This document shows positions 54,239-64,000 of a DNA stretch of 64,000 nt, one piece after another. Under the pieces are notes generated by a model, which ran no database searches, was not told the DNA's origin, and saw nothing but the letters and a program-made list of their open reading frames with translations. The position numbers and the translations under genes were made by a program. Origin of the DNA: Phallusia mammillata (taxonomy: Eukaryota); NCBI GenBank assembly GCA_965637545.1, contig OZ281494.1:6324001-6388000 (forward strand). Reading direction: 5' to 3'. How positions within the stretch are numbered: position 1 is the stretch's first letter; the number at the start of each line of letters is the position of its first letter.

Positions 54239-57200
54239 ATGGGATTAATTAAAAAACTGCGTCTGTCTACGGGGAGCAGTCAAAGTGGCGATGAACCTGA
54301 CCTGGATGAAAGTTGTGGGATTCAGTATGCTTGCGGGGGACCGTGCGGCAGCCACAGGTAAAGTATATGATAAACATTACATGCTAATATTCATCAATAT
54401 TGGTGCTTATATATCCCATATTTGGCCAGGTAGAGTCATATGTTTCACCGGGCTTGCGTCTGTATAAGACAGGTTTGTTTCGGGTTTAATTTCACACTAG
54501 GTTACTTGTGTGTGGTATTTTTACCTTTCTTAATCTATCTTTCGGGCCTTTCAGGAAAAATATAAGCCCGGGTCCCAGTTTCGTGCCCGCATACAAATGG
54601 TTTAAGTTGCGAAGACGGTGACAGTTTTCGTATTTAAAGCTTAGACAGCTTTAATTTATATGAATCAACGACTTCATTTTCTTGTAATCCGACAAAAATC
54701 GAACAAACTTGTAAATATTTTTAACTTTAATGTAAAACGTGATTCATTCGCTCAAATTCACAACTACAGTGACTCAATCAACATACGATGTAAGTCCTTC
54801 GCCTACGTATTACACTCGTGACGTGCACGATGACGTCATTTCCGTTTAACCTGACCCATACCACCTTTTTACTAGTTATTCACTATTAACCTTGAATGGT
54901 TGAAGCAATGTTTGTTTTTTCAAACTTAACATTCAGTTGCCAGAATGCCCATTGTGAACATGTCTGTGTTGCAAAAACTTACGTATAGTTTCTGTGACGT
55001 ACACTTGATGGCCGGAAAAGAACGAGTGGCATGTTTATGTTATAGTTGAAACGTGGGTGGCTAGCGATATATCTAAGCCTCAATGTATTTGTAACCTTAA
55101 AGGCAAAGTAGTAACATGGCCGAAATTATTCCCAAACCCGAAAGTGCAAGCCCAAAACTCGGCCCGTACCCGATTTATTTTCTAATAAAGCCCAAATATG
55201 GCCAAAATTAAGAATAACCATGATGAAATTACCAAAGAGTCAAGCCCGTTCACTTAAACTAAAGTACGAGGAAAAGCCCTTTTTGCTTCAAATAAATGGA
55301 AATGAAATTTGATATGACCGAATGAAGGAAACAATAGCGCAACAGCATCTGGTGTTAATTTCGCTGAGTGAAGCTAAATATAACGAAACGATAGAACTGA
55401 AACATATACCACGCTGCAAAACATATGCACAATGTAGAACGGTGTGGGTTCGGGTTCTGTGAAACAAACGGACTTGATTCGAACCTGACTTTAAATTCTG
55501 TGTCCGTTTTTTTTCAGATAAAATTACCCAACTTGTCGATAGTTGCTGGACTTCACTTAATGCCCAACAGCCCTATAATACGCCGTGTTTAATTATATTC
55601 TGTACAGTGGTATGTTTTGTTGGCTTTTATGTAGAGGGCTGCCATTCAAACTTTCGGGCCTAAACGGGCTTCTCAAAAACGATTCGGACGGGATCGGACC
55701 GGGTTCGGGCTTCCAATTTCGGGCCCGCATACAACTCTGGTGAGCGTTGAGGAGACAAAATTAATGCTGTGTGGTGAAAATCATACGTACACCACATCGT
55801 AATGTTAGGGTTTGTCTGCGATCATTATTTACCCCTAATTTAATTACAATCAAATCCCTAGTGCCATTTAATGCGTTTATTAACCTTCCGTGTTTCTAAT
55901 CATAAAACGATGAACCTCTTAATTACGTCCATATAATTTTACAGCTCATATCATGAAACCCTTAAGTGGAACAAGTTTATGGCTTTAATATTGTCAGGAT
56001 GTAAATGTTTAATTGCTTTACAACCATATCAACAAGTTTATAACCTTCGGCATTCTGTGTTCCAGATATCCGCTCTCGGCGCTGCAGAGCTTGGCGACGC
56101 CGAAAGGTGCTTTGGTGATGATTGGACTTGGTGCAATTATGCAAGGCTTCATTGTAAACGGTCACACCAACGCTATAATAAGCACAATTGAAAGAAGGTG
56201 TGTTATACCAAAGAGCCGTACATGTGTTTTATCATAAACTTTATTCTCGTTATTCTTTGAAAAAAGTACTGGCCCGAATTAATAATTAAAACTGATTTAT
56301 TTCGATTTATCGGTGTGGTGAAACTATAGGTAAAATTATATATATATGTTTCTGTGTGGTCACGTACCAACCATAACAAAAGCACCTTAATATTAGCATT
56401 CAAAGGGTCAAAACTGGCATTTTACAGAACGTTCTCTGTTACAAAAAACGTCATTTTCGAAAAAATCCGCTTGTAAACAGTTGGGCATACATATTCTTCG
56501 TTCTGTTAAGTTTCCTCAGTCATACAAAAGACAGAAACTTCGTTTTCACTAAATCCCTTCGTAAGCAACACAAAGCGCTATTCGCAACCTTAATACGCCG
56601 AACAATGGATAATTCGCTGTTGTGTAAAGTAGTAAGATTTGCTAGAACTACTGGCGGACTTACATTGGTTGACTGGACGTAAGCTTGCTATGCTTTGTGG
56701 GTTGTTAAGTTGGAACAGTTGAAAAAAGTTGCTTGTGTAAAGATGTAAAAAATGCTGCGGTCAAGGATATACTGTGAGAAGTAATTTGAAAGTTCACAAT
56801 GGCGTTCTTTGAAATGCATTATGACCAGATATACGGCTAAACTCATATGATTTGTGATGTTTAATTTACCCATCGACGATGTCGTAAGCCGCAAAAACAA
56901 TTAAGTTGTAACCTGATAGCCGACAACATTCCACATGGAATTCTATACCAACAACCAACACTTCTTCTGACATTCAATGAGCTGTTTTGATTGAATTTCC
57001 AAACCAAAGTTATTTTAAGGCAAAGTTTACATTTTTACGCAGCTCGGAAAGTCCCCGAAAACATCAAGTTGCAAATGGAAATGCAGTTTTTGTACAAAAA
57101 CGTCAAACCTAACATTTGCGGTGCTTAAAACCAAAACAGTCCCGAAATCACCAAAATAGTTTAGTTCTGCTTCAATAAATCGACTCTGTTTTGAAATGGT

Positions 57201-60200
57201 CAGGGATTTTCCGTCAAAAGTTTCTACTTTCGTCGAAGTTTTAAGGTCACTGCACCCCAAAGTACGTCGCTAACTTATGTATAAGGGAGAGATTTGTAAT
57301 TTTAGTTAGAAAGGGATTTGCTGAAGATATTTTTAATTGCCATGCCCGTGTTTGAACATATTGTTTTAGCACAGCGGTTCCCAAACTGGGGTCCGCGGTC
57401 CTTTAGGGGTCCGTGAGGCAATTTTGAGGGGACCGCGAAGCGGTTGAAGTAATTTTATAATGTTATTTGGCGTCAGTTTGTGCCACTAAATAAGTTTAAA
57501 TCAAAGTAGAATTGAGAATCGACTGTCTCCATTGCTAAACAATGGCCTTTATTGAATGACAACTATCAAAAATGCAATTGTTCGCGCACAATCGTAATGT
57601 TTTTTTTTTTGTCCTGTTTGTGATGTCACATGCTGTCTTTGAATGATTGACTGCGCAATTTTGCATAACTAGCTAAAATCCTGCAATCAACTTTAGTTTT
57701 TATGAAATACCCATTTAGGCTTAAGGACCGCGAGCCCTCGAAATAATGGCAAAGGGACCGTTTTGAAAAAAATATGAAAAAAAGGAACCACTGTTTTAGC
57801 AGAATAAAAATCTTTATTGGCCTCTAGCGGACATAGGTAAGCAAATAGATTGACCACCAAACGACAAAAAATGCACAAAAACTGCGTGTTCTTTTAGAAT
57901 AAAATCCATTATTAGAATAAACGACTAGTCGTTTTTAACTAGACTACTTTGCGAACCAAAAACTCGCATTTTAGTTTTTTTCACAAAAGTATTAACTTTG
58001 TTTGTTTGGTTTGCAGATTTGAACTAAGCAGTACAGAATCCGGCCTCATTGCAAGTTGCTACGACATCGCCAGTTGCATTGCTGTCCTGTTTGTTTCCTA
58101 CGTGGGGGGCAGGGGTCACAAGCCCCAGTGGTTGGGCTGGGGTGTATTCATCATGGGTATTGCAAGCATCATTTTCGCCCTTCCCCACTTCACAGCGCCG
58201 ACTTACACTTTCTCTGATGAACAAAATACTTGTGGGAATTCTGCGACCGTTTCTTGTACAATCTCCTCCTTGAAAAACTTCAGGTTCGTTTCTTGTCACC
58301 GTTTAATGTTTGGTTCTTTTTTTTATTTGCTTGACTTTAGTGACTTGAATTTAGTTTAACACATCAGATACCACAGGGGCGTTTTAGTTTTATACTGACA
58401 GTGTAATTTGGCATCGACTTTCTGGCTGTATAAAGTTAATGAACTGCCATATTTTCTGTTGGCATGCAAAAGAAACCAGTTTATTTGCAGTTAACCTTGC
58501 TTTTGTTTGATTTGGCATTGTTAAGGTCTACAACAATTATATCTTACCCATGAGTACAATAAACACATGTCCGAAATGCCCGTGAAGTAGTGATAAAAAA
58601 ACATTGGATTAAGTTGGTTTTGCTAACAGTTGAAACAAATTTTCGTCGAATTTTCAGATTTGTTTTCTACTTCGCAATGCTTCTTGTCGGGGTAGGAGCG
58701 ACTCCGCTTTACACACTTGGAATCACCTACATAGATGAAAACGTAAAACAAAAGATGTCAGCATTCTACAACGGTCAGTCTGGTTGTAATGATTTTTACA
58801 CTAGTTTGTATGCTGAAAATTTTGATCGTTTTTTGCATTATTTACTTGTGTTCAAGTTCGGGAAACAGCAACACAATTGGTAAATAGATCGTGATTTTTC
58901 TCTCAAATAAAACATTGTTCTGAAGTCTTTCGCTAATGAAAACAATGCATTTTGTCCTAAACATAAACACAATTGATAGTTTTATGCATTATCGATAAGT
59001 TCCCAATGATTTCCTTTTATTGCGTATCGTGTATGCGAATATTGTAAAGAACAAACATGTTTCTTATTTCTTTACTGACAGGTGTTTTGGTTGCATGCTC
59101 CATAATCGGACCGGGGATTGGATTTCTGGTTGGAGCAGCATTTCTCAGAATTTATACGAATCCCGATGAGAAGTAAGAATTAGAAGCTACTTTGTTGACA
59201 AATAACAGTAGAAGAACTGTGGCAAATAATTACTCAAAAAAAAAACGATTGATGTAAATTTTATTAGAATTTTGTGTACTATTTTTAACCAAAACAATTT
59301 TTTTCTTTTAAGGATCTTGTTCCATCATTCTGTAATTCAGTAATTTTGCTTATTGTGTAATAATAAGTAGTAAGATTTGCATTTTATTGAATAAATTTAC
59401 AAATACGGCTTACGTGTAACGTTAAACTCTGTTTTTTATTATTGTTTGCTAATTCCAAAAATAGCTACCGACATTTGTTTAAGATTCTATTTGGAATTGA
59501 TTGTGCCAGACAAATATATTTTTAAAACATTGCCTTAATCGATATGTTAGGAAACTCAGCGGTTTACCATGCATTCATTTTAGTTTCATATCGATTGTAT
59601 CACCCACCTACAGTAGGATATAAACAAACTCTCAATACAACATTTAAATGATTTCTATGTTCAGTGTGACGATCAATGAATCCAATGAGCACTGGGTGGG
59701 AGCTTGGTGGATTGGAGCTCTCGTGGCTGGAGTCGTCACCCTATTCGTTGCTATCCCAATTCTTCTGCTTCCCAGACAGATTCCCAACACCGAAAAACAT
59801 CGGAAGAAAAGAGCAAATGAGATGGATGAAAGAGTTGTAGTGGTCGAGGAGTTCGGGAAAAGGTAAAAGTGTTGCCTGTATTTTATTTTTTGTATGTTTT
59901 TTTGTTTCCACAATTTGTTTTTTTACAGTCCCTTTTGTGTTTGTTCTTTTTCGGTTTGTACCGTGTTTTCTTGTTTATCTTTTAGTGTGTTTGTCTGTTT
60001 TCGTATTGATGCCTGTTTTTTTGTTATTTGTTTGTTTTCTATTGTGTTATTTCGTTACCATTCGTTAGACTTTCGCTTGTTTGTGGGATTGTTTGTTATT
60101 CTGTTCCCATCTCTGTCTGTAGCTTTTCCATTTTGTTTTTCCTCTTTATGTTTCTGTTATTTGTCTGTTTAACACATTTTCTGTTTTTTTGTGATACCAG

Positions 60201-63200
60201 ATTTCGTGACTTTCCCCGTTGTCTTTGGATTCTCTTGAAAAATCCCACTTACCTCGCAATGGCGATTGGAGGCGGAGTTGATTCGATTATGATCAACGGT
60301 CTCGCCACCTTTGGTGCAAAGTACATGGAAACTATATTCGGCTTGGACCCTAGTGACTCCGGTACCTACTTCGGTAAGCTTTATTCATTTTGCGCTGAGA
60401 CAAAACAATATAGTGGCGTCGTTTTCGCTTAACTTTGGTTGAAATTGATAAAGAAAGGTTGCCGATTGGTTGTAAACGAGTTTGTGTCCTAATGATGTGT
60501 ATTTTACTTCTTTCCTGGTGTTTAAATAATTTACGATGCGAGGTGTTAATTGAGCTTTCAAAAATTCAAACCATCACATTTTCTAAATTTGGTTTTAAAT
60601 ATTTAAAGTTTCTGGTAATTGATGAGAGAAAATGAGCCCTTTTTGTATTTCACCAAATCTTTTTTATCACTCGAAATCAACTCTTTATATTCAAGGAATC
60701 CTTGCAATCCTCGGAGGAGCCGGAGGACAACTGGTGGGAGGAGGATTATTGAGTCGGTTCAACGTCTCCGTAACCACCATGCTTCATATATGCTGGATTG
60801 CTCCACTGGTTTCAGCAGCTACAGCTTGTGCCTTTCTGATCTATTGTAATAACCCTGGTTAGTACCACCTTGCTTTAGTTGTTGTTTTTGCCCCAGTCTG
60901 GGTTTGCAAACAATTTGTGAACGTAAGGTTTTAAGTCATAGTACGACAGGCTATTTTTAGGTGTAGTACGGAATCAAGTCGACCTCCCAAACATACTTAT
61001 GCGGCATGGCATAGTAAAAACCTTTGAAAACGAAATTTGCATTTGTTATAATAAACAATATGCACTAGATTTGTAAGCCGGACCGGGCTTTTCGGGTCGG
61101 GCTTGGACAGGGATCGGGCTTAATTTTTTTAACAAACCGACATGATTCGCCCCTGATTTCACATTCTGTGTCCGTAAAAAAAAAAAAAAACTAGCTAGGT
61201 AGCTGGTTGCTGGACTTAATCTAGTGCCTAACAACCCTAAAACGTCTTGTTTAAACCATTTCTTATTATTGTCCATTGTGTATGTCTTCTTCATTGTATT
61301 TTGTACAGCAGAACCTTTGCTCGGCTTTAATGTACGGGCTTATCAATCAAACTTTCGGGCCTTAACTAAATTTTCTCATAAACAGCTCGGGCCGGGCTTG
61401 GAGCTTGTAATTTCCGGTTAGGGCCGGATTCGGGCTTGAATTTCTTGTAACATTGAGTTTACGGCAATACACCTGTAAAGGCTGCACTATTTTATGTCTT
61501 ACCGCATCATCGAAAATGCCATTTCACATCTAGCATTATTATAACTTTGGTACTTTATTATCAATTTTATACGAAAGTAAATTTTGTCGATTGTTTAAAC
61601 TGTTTCATTTCTTTTTTTAGTTTTTGCGGGAGTCAACAGTCTATACAACTCATCTGTAAGTCAGATTATCAATCTCACAGACGTTTGTAATTCCAACTGC
61701 GGTTGCAGCAGTGACGTGTACAATCCCGTCTGTGGTTCGGATAAAGTAACCTACTATTCATCTTGTTTTGCTGGATGCGCAGTTAGAGTGGTAAGTTTAG
61801 GTTATATTTATAATTAACAAAATGACCATCCCTCAAATGCAACAAAACAAAGTGATAAATGTTTTGAAACACAAAATAATATAATGAAAATAAACAAAGG
61901 CCTTGGGTAAAATAGTAATTAATGTTGTTGAATATATGTTCAATAAAATTTTGCTCGTTGTTGGTTTCCTAAGTAAAATACTCGAAACAAAACGCATAAA
62001 AATAACGCTAATGCACCTATATCACCGTTAGTGGACAGCTACATAGGAATAAGGGGTGTACGAACAATTGTAAATGCAATTTGAGGTTAAACGTGCTTGA
62101 TGTAACAACCGTTAAACATTTTTGGGCTTCACCCTACTAGTGCACCTTGAAATGCTTTTGTTAAATTTACGACTTTCCAAAGCGCCAAAATCAGTTTTAC
62201 GATCCAAAGCTCTTTAAAACTTATTTTTATTAGTTATTGCTCGTTTTCAGGGTGATTCTTTTTCCAATTGCTCTTGCGTCCCAGAAGCGGGAAATGCAAC
62301 CTTAGGAGTCTGCACAGAGACTGGATGCGGGAGTGGAGGACTTTTCATCGTCTTCTGTGTCGTCATTTTCTTACTGTTGTTCTTCACTTTTTTCAATGAA
62401 GCTTCAACTCTGCAAGTCTCACTGCGTTGCGTCGCGTTTAACCAAAGAAGCTTCGGCATTGGTGTTCAGGTTTGTGAATATTGTTGCTTTTTTGGCATAA
62501 ATATTTGTACTTTTTTGTTATATTTGTGAAATGTTTTTTCGTTTTTGGAAAAGAGTACTTTGAAACGCTTTTTTTCAACATTTGTTTTTCTTAGTTAACG
62601 TGATTTTTTTGTCTCAGTTTATCTCTGTCTCCCTATTCTCTTTCTTTAAACCTTTAATTTTTCAAATCTATTTTGTTTTCCCAAACTTAACTTAGTCTAA
62701 ATCTTCTGATATTATGTAAAGTGCCCTGCCTCACGACAACAGTAATTATGTTTTAGTGGCTTTTCGTTCGTATCATTGGAACGATTCCTGGTCCTTTGGT
62801 GCTGGGTGCGATCTTTGACTCAACTTGCGACAATTGGAGCGAGGAATGTGGCGTGAGGGGGGCGTGTCTCTCCTATAGCAGCAAAAAACTTTCGCTGGGT
62901 TTCTTTCTCTTTGTCCTAGTGATAAAGGTAAAGTGATTGTGTTTAAGGTTTATTTGATCGACCATAACATGCAGGTCACAAGGCTTTAAACAGAATTAAA
63001 ACAGTTTTTAAGCATAACCATGAGGCAAGATTGAAGCTAGAAAAATTTAGGCAGCGGTGGGATTCGAAACCACGAAACAGCAGCTCTGGGGCCTCAAACA
63101 CAACAGATTTCGTGTAAACTCGTTTGTTTGCTACACATTTTGACTTGCTAGTTTAAACAAAATATTATGCTAAAACGGAAAAGTGACAAAAGACAATCAT

Positions 63201-63853
63201 AACAAACACACATAGCGATAAACATGTGTAAAATTAAATCCAGCATAGGGACTGGTACAATGACTTGAACGTATAAAAATATTCCAGGGTATAAAAGAGG
63301 GTTGAATAAAATGCAATGCATTCCTTTTTTGGGATTTTTAAGTTTGTGTAGATTGGATGCAGGCCTGCTACCGCTTTCTAAAAAAACTGTATGCTTAAGG
63401 ATTTGTTTCTTATATGATTGATTTAGATATGACAGCTTCACAATTTTCTATGTTTTTAAATATTAATGTTTGATCCGTATTGTGCCGTCTAAGTATAGTT
63501 TGTAATTTCTAAAATACTAAAAAAATGTAATAATGTCCCTATCACTTTTGTGAGTTAAAAATTAACCCACGTGCATCACTTTGCAGCTTGTGAACTCTGG
63601 GATATTCTTGTTCGGCAAGTTAATGTACAGACCGAAAGCAGTGGAAGATGCGGAATCTACCGGAAGCGCGTATGAAAAGGAAGCTGACGTAGCAAAAGAA
63701 CACAACGATGACGTAATCACAAACGGACACACTATAGTCTCCAAGCAGCCTGGGCGCAACGGCAGTGCTCTGCCCGGGGAAATTCCCTCGCCTCGTGACG
63801 TCACAGAAAGTGGTTTCTTTGATAATTCTGCATTTACTGACAACGATTCTTGA
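54239..63853 (+). CDS. SLCO: Organic anion transporting polypeptide (OATP, SLCO4-like)
   Basis: 12 phase-compatible GT-AG exons: 54239-54357, 56066-56197, 58017-58283, 58658-58773, 59082-59172, 59665-59862, 60201-60373, 60696-60857, 61621-61790, 62251-62469, 62757-62927, 63587-63853. Motifs: [43 protein letters not shown], Kazal-like [44 protein letters not shown]. The subfamily is not certain. Confidence 0.93.
55435..55739. repeat. Copy of the CAGAG..CGGG dispersed DNA-element family (SLCO intron 1)
   Basis: Ends GGGCCCGCATACAACTCTG; internal blocks shared with 61066-61445 and 19590-19800. Confidence 0.6.
57372..57793. mobile_element. hAT-type MITE in SLCO intron 2
   Basis: Termini CAGCGGTTCCC / GGAACCACTG; TSD TTTTAGCA at 57364-57371 and 57794-57801. 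Confidence 0.9.
61066..61445. repeat. Copy of the CAGAG..CGGG dispersed DNA-element family (SLCO intron 8)
   Basis: Starts TAGATTTGTAAGCCGGACCGGGC; colinear with 55435-55739; right terminus missing. Confidence 0.6.
63049..63135 (-). pseudogene. Decayed tRNA-Leu-derived sequence (tRNA pseudogene or SINE head)
   Basis: Minus strand GTAGC...TTTGAGGCCCCAG...CGTGGTTTCGAATCCCACCGCTGCC resembles the anticodon-to-3' half of a tRNA-Leu; the D-arm is not intact. Confidence 0.4.
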
Positions 63854-64000
63854 TTTTTTACACTTTTTTGTCTAAAATTGAATTACATTAAATAGGTCGC
63901 AAGGTTGTGTTAAATGCAGACGGATATAATATAAAAATATCTGAAAACTATGTTTTTTCTTAGCTTTTACTGAGATCCAAGTTAACTACGTTTTTAGCAA

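Noticed and set aside
59865-60195. Phe/Val/Cys-rich ORFs (59894-60172 and the start of 60028-60432)
   Set aside because: Low-complexity T-rich intron sequence; only 60201-60373 is a real exon.

Overview
AT-rich eukaryotic genomic DNA with short spliceosomal introns. The gene set and the muscle-type promoters suggest an invertebrate chordate, most likely an ascidian tunicate (inference). Exon-by-exon gene models, in order: 3' end of a single-domain rhodanese (+); a tandem rhodanese-like paralog truncated before the catalytic loop (+); RECQL/RECQ1 helicase (-); an SLC13 Na+/dicarboxylate-citrate transporter (+); glia maturation factor with a U12-type AT-AC intron (+); cornichon CNIH1 (-); two tandem myosin regulatory light chain genes encoding the same 171-aa protein (-), separated by a decayed 5.4-kb CMC/EnSpm (CACTA) transposon; about 14 kb with no recognisable coding exons; and an SLCO/OATP transporter (+). 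Introns carry many non-autonomous DNA elements: hAT-type MITEs with 8-bp TSDs, a Tc1/pogo-type MITE, a MULE-like MITE, and a Helentron/HINE-like element with a 160-bp tandem array. The most striking unannotated signal is a family of short elements carrying Penelope-type minimal hammerhead-ribozyme motifs. One insertion is a head-to-head inverted pair in SLC13 intron 7. A diverged copy in the last CNIH intron shows compensatory stem changes. There is also a dense cluster of AGGTCA nuclear-receptor half-sites, including a perfect DR4, upstream of the OATP gene. All coordinates were read by hand; no searches or folding programs were run.
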